Below are positions 49,339 to 58,598 of a stretch of DNA of 64,000 bases, piece after piece. Made by a program: the position numbers and the translations under genes. The stretch is taken from IMG/VR virus record IMGVR_UViG_3300025769_000004. The stretch is one strand, 5' to 3'. This stretch comes from an uncultured virus (IMG/VR IMGVR_UViG_3300025769_000004). Lineage: Duplodnaviria; Heunggongvirae; Uroviricota; Caudoviricetes; Crassvirales. The notes beneath the pieces were generated by a model, which saw only the letters and a program-made list of their open reading frames with translations, had not been told where the DNA came from and ran no database searches. Position 1 is the stretch's first letter, and every line of letters begins with the position of its first letter.

Positions 49339-49551
49339 TTAAACCCAGTTTGGTAGTTTATTTGAATTCGTATAGTTACCATACTTAATAAAGCAATTCA
49401 TGCTTAGTAATCTTGTTTCATTGTTAGCAAACACTTCATCATGATTGTATGTGAATGATTCGCCTTTTTTGTTAGTGAATGATATGATTAATGATTTTCC
49501 GAGTAATGAGTTTGAGATGATGAATCTTGATTTAGTTATTTGATTTTCCAT
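49339..49551 (-). CDS. Early protein, paralogue B
   Basis: 70 aa; shares RF.I..SL.G, FTN.K..FTY.HDE, SM.CF..Y..YTNSN with 48455..48691. Confidence 0.65.
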   Translation of the reverse strand: MENQITKSRFIISNSLLGKSLIISFTNKKGESFTYNHDEVFANNETRLLSMNCFIKYGNYTNSNKLPNWV

Positions 49552-49980
49552 GATTTAGTTATTTAGTTTGTTATATTATATTATCTTATTATGTATGTAT
49601 TTACTTTGTATTTATTTATAATGCGATTGATAATAAGAATGTTAAGTAAGATATGAATATGATATTCATTGAGATAGAAATTGAATTTAATTTGATAGTT
49701 GTTATTAGATTTTTCATAGTTATTAGATTTTATTTATTTTGTTATTAATTTTTGTTACATTATATTATCTTTTATACTCTGTATTTACATTGTTGTTTTT
49801 CGAAACATGAATCATAAATGTCAACACAATATTATACTGAAAACGTAAAAGATATTTCATAAAAATTTTAAATGTGGACCGGGCTGGGCAATTTAATATC
49901 GTTTTCTCTAGACATTTTACAATTATATTTTGGGGTGTAGTAAAAAATATCTATATATCTAATTATATTCGCAAAAAGTA

Positions 49981-50023
49981 GGACATTAGGTTGTTAAATT
50001 AGTAGAATAACAGGCTAGTGTCA
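49981..50023. promoter_or_regulatory. Palindromic site, copy 3
   Basis: GGACATTAGG-N23-GCTAGTGTCA. Confidence 0.55.
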
Positions 50024-50132
50024 CACTTTAAAGTAATTAAAAGCTAATTTAGCATGTAAAAAGCGAGTATATCGTGTAAATAACTAATAATATACGTATA
50101 AACAAAAAACAATTACAAAAAAAAGAGCAATT

Positions 50133-50354
50133 ATGCCAAAAATGACAAGTTATCAAGACAAAGAATCTGCGAAAGATGACTATTCGCACGAAAAAAAACT
50201 AGCCCATGATGGCAGATATGAATTAGTACATGGAAACGAGGCTGCAGCTAAGAATGATTTTGATCATGCACATGCTTTAAAGAAAGATGCGCACTATGAT
50301 CACATGAATAGAATGTCACCTCATCCAATATTAAAACATTCACACAAATATTAA
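50133..50354 (+). CDS. Small His/Asp-rich protein
   Basis: 73 aa with an internal repeat (AKDDYSH..KL.HD / AKNDFDH..ALKKD). Confidence 0.6.
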   Translation: MPKMTSYQDKESAKDDYSHEKKLAHDGRYELVHGNEAAAKNDFDHAHALKKDAHYDHMNRMSPHPILKHSHKY

Positions 50355-50430
50355 AAATCAATATGTTTATATTAGTTAAATCTAACTACTTCTAAAAATA
50401 TAAACTTATTAATTCCAAAAAAAATAAAAA

Positions 50431-52599
50431 ATGGATTGTATAGAAAAAAAAATAGATGATGTAATAACCTTAGAACAGGTACAAGAAGCTAAAGCGGAGT
50501 TGGATAATAAATTGGAAGAATTAAACAGCGGTGGTTTACAGCGCCAAGTAAGAGATTCTCAAGATAGATGGGCTAATTCAGTTAGAACGTTAGGAGTTTG
50601 GAAAACAGCTCTAGCTGAAAATCAAAATATTAAAGAAGGTCTTCTGGCTCAAATAGAGGCATTGCAAGCAACTAAAGCTCAATACGAAGCTGAACTTAAG
50701 TCTTTAGAGGCTATACCACCTTCTGAAAGAACAGAAGCTCAAGAAGAGAGAATAACTGAATTACAGGCATTAATAACGGCAACAGAGAAGGATATACTTT
50801 CATTAGAAGTTGATGTTGCTAATATAGATGCTTATTTAGCAGAGATTAATGTTAACATAATTAATACTCAAGCTGAGGTTGATAATGATTATAAAATTTA
50901 TCTAGATAACAAATCACAACTAGACGAGCTTACACTGGAAGTAGAAGCTCTTGAAACAGCTTACTTTGGTCTTAATGCTGGATATCAGTTATCACAACAA
51001 GGGATACAAAACAGAATAGATGGAAATGAAGAAATAAACTTTCCAAATGTATGGGAGACTATATGTGCTTATGGTAGATCAGTAGAAACTTTTAATGAGC
51101 TTAAAGGTAAGGCTGAAAAAGATTCTATAGTAGCTATTGACGACTTAGCATATTACAGTGTGTTAACAGCAAGACAACCTATACTATTTAGATATAGTGA
51201 AATGATAGTAAGTAGATTTGCTGATATAGACTTAGACAGTCCTCCAGAATTTGAAAATTTCTTTAATAATGTACTAACGAGCGAGGAAAGAGAAATATTT
51301 GGTAATGACGTAAGTGAATTTATAGACGCTTTTGATGGATCAGATCCTGCTGCGCAAGATTTAGCAATTAGTCTCGGTATTAACGAAAATCTTATACAAT
51401 ATTGTGGTGGCGATCAATATACTACTCAAAGAGCTACGAAAGATGCTTACTTAAAAGCTAGTAATGAATATGCAGGTGGTGGTTATCTTTTTGATTTTCT
51501 AGTGATTGGGCAGATAACATCAGAAGCTGGATGGAATTCTAGCTACATAGATCCAAGTGATGCAGCTACGTATCCTATAAGCGCTAATGATGCAGAAAGA
51601 GTAAGAACATATATTGAAAACTGGTGTAATACATATTACATACCTACTTTTTTTGGTACTTTAGCACCATACTCACCTGTTGAGGTTAGTACGTTAACTT
51701 TTCAAAACATAATTAATGGAACATCAGGTTTACCGCCTGGTTTAGAATCTGACCTTCAAAACTATTTAAACCCGATTGTTGGTGATGCTGGTGTACAGAT
51801 GGGTCTTTCTAGTTTTATGATTATGTGGTATGAGCAAATCGCAGAACTAACCCCATACTACAATGATGTTGATAGAGCAGATTGGGATACTACTATTAGA
51901 GCAAAAGGAGATGCAAGAGCTAAGCAAACTAACGAAAGAGTATTGGCTACAGCTCCAGTTACAGGAGGACCTATATTACCTAATGGAGATGTTGGTGTTT
52001 TAGGATCGTTTAATTACGGTGCTGGAGGTGATCCAGAAGATCCTAATGTAGCTAAAGTGTTAGCTTATTTACCAACTTTACAAAAAAGTCTAGATGAGTC
52101 TGCTGTCACTGCCGCTAATGAAGTTGTAGTTTATACTGATGTAATAAGTAGTATCGCAAACTTAACAAAACACACAGAGGAAATTGCTGTTTACTTGAAG
52201 GCTTATGTTAACATGAATCCAGACAATGAAAATGAAGAAACTGTATTTAACAACGCGGTTGCAGATTCTTCTACTAGTATAGCGAATCCTTTTAAATGCA
52301 TAAGCCCAGGTCAGGAAGGTTATTCTGAATGCCAATTGCCATCTCAGACAGCTGAGCCGATAGATATGCTAAATGCTAGTAGAGCTCATAAATTTTCTTT
52401 AGCAGAAATTAAAGATGAATTAATGGCTGCTGTTTTAAAAGGAGAATGTTGTGCTACTTTTTCACAACCACTTAAATGGGAAACAGTAACTGTGTTACTA
52501 AATAAAGGTTATAAAATACTTATAAACTTTACACCTAGTGGAATTGGAAACATGATAACTGTTACATGGAACCTTGCAACATCACCAGCGGAAGCATAA
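50431..52599 (+). CDS. Large acidic protein with N-terminal coiled coil
   Basis: 722 aa with about 190 aa of heptad pattern. Confidence 0.6.
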   Translation: MDCIEKKIDDVITLEQVQEAKAELDNKLEELNSGGLQRQVRDSQDRWANSVRTLGVWKTALAENQNIKEGLLAQIEALQATKAQYEAELKSLEAIPPSERTEAQEERITELQALITATEKDILSLEVDVANIDAYLAEINVNIINTQAEVDNDYKIYLDNKSQLDELTLEVEALETAYFGLNAGYQLSQQGIQNRIDGNEEINFPNVWETICAYGRSVETFNELKGKAEKDSIVAIDDLAYYSVLTARQPILFRYSEMIVSRFADIDLDSPPEFENFFNNVLTSEEREIFGNDVSEFIDAFDGSDPAAQDLAISLGINENLIQYCGGDQYTTQRATKDAYLKASNEYAGGGYLFDFLVIGQITSEAGWNSSYIDPSDAATYPISANDAERVRTYIENWCNTYYIPTFFGTLAPYSPVEVSTLTFQNIINGTSGLPPGLESDLQNYLNPIVGDAGVQMGLSSFMIMWYEQIAELTPYYNDVDRADWDTTIRAKGDARAKQTNERVLATAPVTGGPILPNGDVGVLGSFNYGAGGDPEDPNVAKVLAYLPTLQKSLDESAVTAANEVVVYTDVISSIANLTKHTEEIAVYLKAYVNMNPDNENEETVFNNAVADSSTSIANPFKCISPGQEGYSECQLPSQTAEPIDMLNASRAHKFSLAEIKDELMAAVLKGECCATFSQPLKWETVTVLLNKGYKILINFTPSGIGNMITVTWNLATSPAEA

Positions 52600-52622
52600 A
52601 ACAATAATTAAAAAAATAAACT

Positions 52623-53948
52623 ATGGCAATAATATACACATATCCATTAAAGTCTAGTCCACTTAGTGGCAGTGACTTAATGTTGATATCAGATATGACA
52701 GCCAGTGATAAGCCAACTAGAAGTGTTACACTACAACAGGTCGCGGATTTTTCTGCGGCCAGTGGTGCTTCTGGTGTTGGGCAGATAGTTGCTGGAAATA
52801 ATATAACCTTAACTTCAACAGGGCCTAGTGGAACTGGTATAGTAACTATAAATTCAGAATCAGATTCAGTAACATATACGTTTAATAACACATCGACAAT
52901 TGATGACATCGCGACACTGTCGTTAAATGGAAGTGATGCAACGGTTAATGCTGTAAATATAAACGCTGGTGCTAATGTATCTATAACAAATAACGCAGAA
53001 GGAAGTTTTACAATAAATTCTGACAGCCCTCCGTGTTACTCAATAGAAAGTGTTAATTACGAAGAAAATCCAGCTATAAGGTTAAGTCCTGACAGCGGGG
53101 CTTGTCCTGACTCAATAGTTTCTTTTGAAGAAGGTGACAATATAACAATAACTCAATCAAGCAATATTATCACTATTTCAGCTGCAGGTGGTTCAGGAAC
53201 TGGAATGACTAGCTGGGATTTAAGAGCTGACAATAGTACAGTATTTGCTGTTGGTGACCAAGGATTAGTTGACATATCTGGAGGAGTAGATTTAACAACT
53301 TCAGTAGGTACTAGTGGTACTGATAGAATATTAACAATTAACCATGATTCTTTTGGAACTGCAGGAACTTATAACAATATAAATTCTATTACTACAAATT
53401 CCACTGGACATGTTATAGGTGTTAGTGTTTCTAGTGGTACAAATGGTTTTACACCATTAGACATAGCTCAAGGAAACGCTAGTCTAAATGCTGTATCAGA
53501 AGGTACTATAATAAATACTTATTGGTTCCAGACAATATCAGATGCAACGTTCGCACTGAACAAAGCTAAAATATATTTACTAGATGGATTATCAAACGGA
53601 TTTGCTTTCGCTATATATGAAGGTGATTTTGCAAACGCGTCTTTAATAAGTGGTAAACAATTTTCTCAAGCAATGATTCCTGGAATTCATGAATTTTCAA
53701 TAATAGGCGAAATACAGGCAAATCTTACTTTAGGCGAAAATTATGTAATAGCTTTATCATTGCCTTTTGCGGAAGAAGGAAATGAAGGAATACTAGGGAT
53801 AAACGATGCTATCGCAAATATTAACTTAGCCGCAACTACTGGCACTAACTACGTAGGTAATCCTTGGCCTAGTGACATTAATTCAGCATTTTTTGAAGGT
53901 GCAGGAGCTCAGTTAACAGACAAAAGACCTTGTGTACATATTTATTAA
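52623..53948 (+). CDS. Fibre/spike-like structural protein
   Basis: Repeated AGxNITLT-like G/S/T-rich segments and a C-terminal beta domain. Confidence 0.55.
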   Translation: MAIIYTYPLKSSPLSGSDLMLISDMTASDKPTRSVTLQQVADFSAASGASGVGQIVAGNNITLTSTGPSGTGIVTINSESDSVTYTFNNTSTIDDIATLSLNGSDATVNAVNINAGANVSITNNAEGSFTINSDSPPCYSIESVNYEENPAIRLSPDSGACPDSIVSFEEGDNITITQSSNIITISAAGGSGTGMTSWDLRADNSTVFAVGDQGLVDISGGVDLTTSVGTSGTDRILTINHDSFGTAGTYNNINSITTNSTGHVIGVSVSSGTNGFTPLDIAQGNASLNAVSEGTIINTYWFQTISDATFALNKAKIYLLDGLSNGFAFAIYEGDFANASLISGKQFSQAMIPGIHEFSIIGEIQANLTLGENYVIALSLPFAEEGNEGILGINDAIANINLAATTGTNYVGNPWPSDINSAFFEGAGAQLTDKRPCVHIY

Positions 53949-54008
53949 ATAACCGAACTATCATGTGATAGTATAAATAACCAACGTTAAACATAAAACC
54001 AAAACAAA

Positions 54009-54296
54009 ATGACGTTTTTATACACCAGTAGAGATTTTACTTCTACTACACGACCAGATCAAAGAATGATCAACCTTTGGAAACACATAACCACGAAGAG
54101 CAATTGGAGAATTGTTCAGTTACCAAATGGATTTTTTCAAACAGAGTATTTGCATCCAGAAGAAGAAGACTGGATCGATGTAACTAGAAGAGAAACAATG
54201 GACGGCGCTGAAGCTGCAATTGATGGATCTATAGAACACTACTCTAAAAAACTTGAATTTTTAAAAGGACCTAAAGTAGTCAAAACATTCGAGTAA
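54009..54296 (+). CDS. Hypothetical protein upstream of groEL
   Basis: 95-aa ORF with an A-rich leader. Confidence 0.6.
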   Translation: MTFLYTSRDFTSTTRPDQRMINLWKHITTKSNWRIVQLPNGFFQTEYLHPEEEDWIDVTRRETMDGAEAAIDGSIEHYSKKLEFLKGPKVVKTFE

Positions 54297-54324
54297 AAAA
54301 CCAAATCTAATTTAATTAAATCAA

Positions 54325-55866
54325 ATGAACGAAACAATAGTAAAGCATCTAAACTTCGGTGAAGATGCAAAATCCGCTATATTTAGTGGTATAGAAAAAC
54401 TCACAAAAGCCGTTAGCTCTACACTAGGAGCTAGCGGTAGATGTGTTATATTAGAAGACTCAGCAGGTAATCCTCAGATTACAAAAGATGGTGTAACAGT
54501 TGCAGACTCAGTTATATTATTAGACCCAGTTGAAAACATGGGTGCTAAACTTTTAAAAGAAGCAGCCAGAAAAACAGTAAGAGAAGCTGGTGATGGTACA
54601 ACTACAGCCACAGTATTGGCCCATTCAATATTAGTTGAATCGTATAAGTCTCTTAAAAATCATAGTCCTAGAGATATAAAAGAAGGTATAAACTCAGCTG
54701 TAGAAAAAGTAATAAAATATTTAGAAAAAACATCTTCTGAAGTTAAAGGTGATAAAATAGTAGATGTAGCTACTATATCAGCTAATAATGATAAGAAACT
54801 AGGTGTTACAATTGCTGAGGCATTTAAAAGTGTTAATGATACAGGTATAGTCATAATGGAAACACATGACGATCCTGACACCGTTATAGAAAAGGTAGAT
54901 GGAATACAATATGAAGGTGTATTAAAAAATCCTCATTTTATAACAGACAAGGAAAAAGGTGTTGCCGAACTTCAAAACCCGTTAGTTTTAATAGTTGAAA
55001 GTAAAATAGAAAACATTAGAAAAATACAATCTATTTTAGAGTACATTATTAAAAACAAAAAGTCACTATTAATAATTGGCGATGCAGATAACCAGGTAAT
55101 GACAGCTTTAGCAATGAACAAGGTTAAAGGTAATATAAATGTTAATATAATAGATGCTCCAATGTATGGTATTAACAAGAAAGACACTTTAGAAGATTTA
55201 GCATTACTTACAGGAGCGACTGTTATAAATGAACACTTAGGCGATGACTTAGACCTAATAAGTCCTGAACATTTAGGTAACTGCATCAAATCTACAACAA
55301 CAGACAAAGAAACAATTATACAAGTAGACTCAAGTCCTGATGAAGTAGAAGAATTAGTTAGTTCAATAAAAGTGCAAATAAAAGAAACTAATAATCCTAA
55401 TTTAAAGGTTAGGCACGAAAAAAGACTAGCTAGATTATTAGCTAAAGTAGCAATAGTTAAAGTAGGAGCAAACTCTAGTGTAGAGTTAAAAGAAAAAAAG
55501 GATAGAGTAGAAGACGCTATTTGCGCTACAAAAGCCGCTATTAAAGAAGGCATAGTGCCAGGAGGTGGGATAGCATTACTTAATGCATCTCAAAATATTG
55601 TTGCAAAAACAGATACAGAACAAATATTATTAGATGCTATTAAAGCTCCTTTTAATGTTATATTGCACAATGCTGGTATATTAGATTATGAAGAGTCTAA
55701 TATAAAAGGTAAAGGATTAAATGTGGTTACAGGGAAAACGGTAAATATGGTAAAGTCCGGAATAATAGATCCTTTATTGGTCACTAAATGTGCTTTGCGG
55801 AATGCGGCTTCTGTAGCTACAACTATAATATCTACTGATTGTGTAATTAATAATTTAAGAGCATGA
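54325..55866 (+). CDS. groEL: Chaperonin GroEL
   Basis: ITKDGVTVA, AGDGTTTATVLA, VATISAN, KDRVEDA..ATKAA..EGIVPGGG, GIIDP. Confidence 0.95.
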   Translation: MNETIVKHLNFGEDAKSAIFSGIEKLTKAVSSTLGASGRCVILEDSAGNPQITKDGVTVADSVILLDPVENMGAKLLKEAARKTVREAGDGTTTATVLAHSILVESYKSLKNHSPRDIKEGINSAVEKVIKYLEKTSSEVKGDKIVDVATISANNDKKLGVTIAEAFKSVNDTGIVIMETHDDPDTVIEKVDGIQYEGVLKNPHFITDKEKGVAELQNPLVLIVESKIENIRKIQSILEYIIKNKKSLLIIGDADNQVMTALAMNKVKGNINVNIIDAPMYGINKKDTLEDLALLTGATVINEHLGDDLDLISPEHLGNCIKSTTTDKETIIQVDSSPDEVEELVSSIKVQIKETNNPNLKVRHEKRLARLLAKVAIVKVGANSSVELKEKKDRVEDAICATKAAIKEGIVPGGGIALLNASQNIVAKTDTEQILLDAIKAPFNVILHNAGILDYEESNIKGKGLNVVTGKTVNMVKSGIIDPLLVTKCALRNAASVATTIISTDCVINNLRA

Positions 55867-56123
55867 AAGCAGTAGGAAGAAATATACTTATATTACCAGT
55901 AAAAAGAGAAGATAATAAAACAAAAGGTGGGTTAATATTAACAGATGCTCACCGAGAAGACTTAAGATATAACTTAGCTAAAGTTGTAACAGTAGGAGAT
56001 GATGTAAAAGGTTTAAAAGATTCTGACACTATCTATTACGACAGCAACTCTGGCTTTGGTATTGAAATTAATAAAGAAAAGTTCAAAATAATAAAAGACC
56101 ATGACGTGGTTATAATACTTTAA
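55863..56123 (+). CDS. groES: Co-chaperonin GroES
   Basis: KTKGGLIL mobile loop, KVVTVG; ATGA overlap with groEL. Confidence 0.85.
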   Translation: MKAVGRNILILPVKREDNKTKGGLILTDAHREDLRYNLAKVVTVGDDVKGLKDSDTIYYDSNSGFGIEINKEKFKIIKDHDVVIIL

Positions 56124-56125
56124 AA

Positions 56126-56764
56126 ATGGATCCAAATAAAAAATACGACGCAGGAGCAGAAGCTCAAAAACGCTTAATGAGCATGGCTACTGCAGCACAA
56201 CAATCAGCAAAGCCCTGGACGCCTTCAGCTTCTCAAGCTAAAGGATCAAATAACCCAGAAAGTGGAAGATTTAAAACGGCAGTTAAAAACTTTTTAGACC
56301 CTTCAGTTAATATAAAAGGTCATAATAAAGCACAAATGAAAGCTGTTAAAAAAGATATTAAATCTGGAACATATGCAGAAACCGCAGCTGTAAAAGCTAA
56401 TATGTCTTTGGATAATTCAGAAGGTTCTGCTTATAACAAAGTGCTAAGTAGTAGAGCTAGAAAGAAAAACGAAGCTGATCAAAGAGGTATATCAGTTAGA
56501 AAAATGAAAAAAGGCTACAAGCACAAAGATGCTGCACTTAATGCTCAAAACAGTGGTAAAGTAAGTAGCAATGATGCACACGAACTTACATACAAGCAAA
56601 CAGCTAAAGCTGCAAAAATGGTTGATAAAGGTAAAGACAAAAAAGCTAAGAAGTTTATAAGTAACAAGAAGAATAAAAATGAACGTAAGATTATTAGAAA
56701 AACTGGAAATGATCTTTCTACAGTTTCTACTACGGATCATCAACGTGTTCTTAATAAACTATAA
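56126..56764 (+). CDS. Basic K/A-rich hypothetical protein
   Basis: 212-aa ORF. Confidence 0.55.
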   Translation: MDPNKKYDAGAEAQKRLMSMATAAQQSAKPWTPSASQAKGSNNPESGRFKTAVKNFLDPSVNIKGHNKAQMKAVKKDIKSGTYAETAAVKANMSLDNSEGSAYNKVLSSRARKKNEADQRGISVRKMKKGYKHKDAALNAQNSGKVSSNDAHELTYKQTAKAAKMVDKGKDKKAKKFISNKKNKNERKIIRKTGNDLSTVSTTDHQRVLNKL

Positions 56765-57211
56765 TTGAGAAAACCCACAGCTTCTGAACTAAAAGATCTG
56801 CATTTATTAAAACATTACAGGATTGTACGTAAATGGGCGTGCAAAACCTGTGATATTAAAGATGCAGACCTTGAGTTATTAATATACTTAGACGCTATAG
56901 AGCACTTTACAAAACAAGATTTTAAGACAGGTACTTATTCATATAGCTGGGATAACAGGCGTTGGAATAGGTTGTTAAAAGAAGGTTGGATTATAGTTTG
57001 GAGAGAAAGAAATAGAACTACTCAAAAGTACAATATATACAAAGTTTCATTTAAGTGCAAGCAGTTGATAAGCCGAATGTACAGAATAATGCTAGGTGAA
57101 GAAGATATACCAACAACAGAGCGCAGTAACATAATAATGAAGAAAAAAACATATATAGATAAAGTTCTTTCTCACTCTATATTAAATTTAAACAACGATA
57201 AAAATAGATGA
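56765..57211 (+). CDS. Hypothetical protein, possibly winged-helix
   Basis: DLELLIYL...RLLKEGWI...YKVSFK pattern resembles MarR-type wHTH; TTG start. Confidence 0.5.
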   Translation: MRKPTASELKDLHLLKHYRIVRKWACKTCDIKDADLELLIYLDAIEHFTKQDFKTGTYSYSWDNRRWNRLLKEGWIIVWRERNRTTQKYNIYKVSFKCKQLISRMYRIMLGEEDIPTTERSNIIMKKKTYIDKVLSHSILNLNNDKNR

Positions 57212-57212
57212 T

Positions 57213-57566
57213 ATGGATCCAATGACAGCCATGATGGCAATTCAAGGAGGAATAGCAGCGGGAAAAGCTGTAGAAGAAGGAGTAAATAAGCAAATACTTG
57301 GTTCAGAGACTGGTGGTAGTAATGTAAACAAGCCAAAGGAAGAAATGAAAAAATCTCAAACCGTTTCATTTTCTGATCCTAACAAAGAGTTTAGCCCAAA
57401 TAATTATAGTAGACCAATGACAAGTGGTACATCTTCAATAGAGCCAAGTGTTGATTCTAATTATAATCAAAAATTTAATGACTTAAGTATGGGTACAATG
57501 GATAATACGTCTGTTCCAGAAAACGATACTATAAATGACGGTAGTATCTTCACTAAAAATGTTTAA
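57213..57566 (+). CDS. Hypothetical low-complexity protein
   Basis: 117-aa ORF. Confidence 0.5.
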   Translation: MDPMTAMMAIQGGIAAGKAVEEGVNKQILGSETGGSNVNKPKEEMKKSQTVSFSDPNKEFSPNNYSRPMTSGTSSIEPSVDSNYNQKFNDLSMGTMDNTSVPENDTINDGSIFTKNV

Positions 57567-57583
57567 TAATAAAACTAAATAAA

Positions 57584-57757
57584 ATGCCAAGTTACGGAGA
57601 AAATCAAAAGCCAGCAGGATATGCTAAAAAATGTGGATGTGGACCAGTAGGTACAAGAACAATGATGAGCAATAAGTCCAACGTTACACCAACGTTAAAA
57701 TCAATTGACAACATACCTTACAAAGGTAACGCTGTATTAAACGCAAATAGATCTTAA
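57584..57757 (+). CDS. Small protein (not in ORF track)
   Basis: 57 aa MPSYGENQKPAGYAKKCGCG... with an A-rich leader. Confidence 0.55.
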   Translation: MPSYGENQKPAGYAKKCGCGPVGTRTMMSNKSNVTPTLKSIDNIPYKGNAVLNANRS

Positions 57758-57758
57758 A

Positions 57759-57929
57759 GTGGGCGTTGATGATTTAAAGTTATATTGTTTTAATATAACT
57801 TCTTTCACAATTGCAAGTTTAGATTGGTTAGAACCTGTGTTAAAAATAACTTTATTGTTAGTTACTATTGGCTACACTGTTAATAAATGGTGGGCTATGA
57901 AAAAAAATAACGATGAGAGCGATAAATAA
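57759..57929 (+). CDS. Putative small holin (GTG start, not in ORF track)
   Basis: 56 aa with hydrophobic segments and a charged tail, overlapping the endolysin start. Confidence 0.55.
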   Translation: MGVDDLKLYCFNITSFTIASLDWLEPVLKITLLLVTIGYTVNKWWAMKKNNDESDK

Positions 57930-58326
57930 GATTATAGTTCACTGCTCTGCTACTCGCGAAGGTCAAGACGTTTCTGTAGAAACAATCAGGAAATGGCATG
58001 TAGAGGGCAGAGGTTGGACTGACATAGGCTATCATTTCTACATTGACATACATGGTGATATATATAAAGGTAGAGATATAGCTAAAATTGGAGCTCACAC
58101 TAAGGGGTATAATAGAAATTCTATAGGAATATGCTATGCTGGAGGCGTTGAGAGTGATGGTAAGACTCCAAAAGATACTAGATATGATTGTCAAAAAGAA
58201 AGTCTCTTAGCGGTGCTAAGAACACTAAAGGCGATGTATCCAAATGCTGAGATACATTCTCATAATGATTTTGCTAATAAAGCATGTCCTAGTTTTAACG
58301 CTACAGAAGAATATAAACATTTATGA
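57913..58326 (+). CDS. Endolysin, N-acetylmuramoyl-L-alanine amidase (T7 lysozyme-like)
   Basis: IIVHCSAT, GWTDIGYHF, GAHTKGYN, HNDF..KACP. Confidence 0.9.
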   Translation: MRAINKIIVHCSATREGQDVSVETIRKWHVEGRGWTDIGYHFYIDIHGDIYKGRDIAKIGAHTKGYNRNSIGICYAGGVESDGKTPKDTRYDCQKESLLAVLRTLKAMYPNAEIHSHNDFANKACPSFNATEEYKHL

Positions 58327-58598
58327 AAATAGGCGAAGGTACTGAATTTAAGATAGATCTTAAAACAGTTATAGCTATTATAATGATAACATCAACTTTT
58401 GTAGGTATGTATTACACTTTACAATCAGATATTGACGATGCTAAGAAGCTACCACCTGCGGAAGTTAAACGCATGGAATACGATTTGAAGCAAGAGTGGC
58501 AGACAAACCATATTGAAAAGTTAGAAGGAAAAGTAGATGAAATACTAGATTGGTGTAGGCAGATAGATTCTGAACTACACAATAAAAGAAATAAGTAA
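58323..58598 (+). CDS. Membrane-anchored coiled-coil protein (lysis-associated?)
   Basis: N-terminal TM helix plus coiled coil, right after the endolysin. Confidence 0.5.
   Translation: MKIGEGTEFKIDLKTVIAIIMITSTFVGMYYTLQSDIDDAKKLPPAEVKRMEYDLKQEWQTNHIEKLEGKVDEILDWCRQIDSELHNKRNK

Larger units (their letters stand above)
42871..49793 (-). repeat. Nine dispersed copies of a 33-bp promoter-like motif ACAAWSTAAATAC-N10-AGATAATATA
   Basis: Copies at 42871-42903, 44932-44964, 45387-45419, 46282-46314, 47863-47895, 48733-48765, 49298-49330, 49577-49609 and 49761-49793; all in the same orientation, each upstream of an ATG. Confidence 0.9.

Noticed and set aside
39421..49725. Recurring ATAACTATG before - strand starts as a distinct regulatory repeat
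   Set aside because: Adequately explained by the A-rich, Shine-Dalgarno-free initiation context known for Bacteroidetes.
42871..49793. The 33-bp repeats as a CRISPR array or integron attC array
   Set aside because: Spacing is irregular (about 0.2-2 kb), the intervals are genes, the repeat has a variable core and is not palindromic, and no cas or integrase gene is present.
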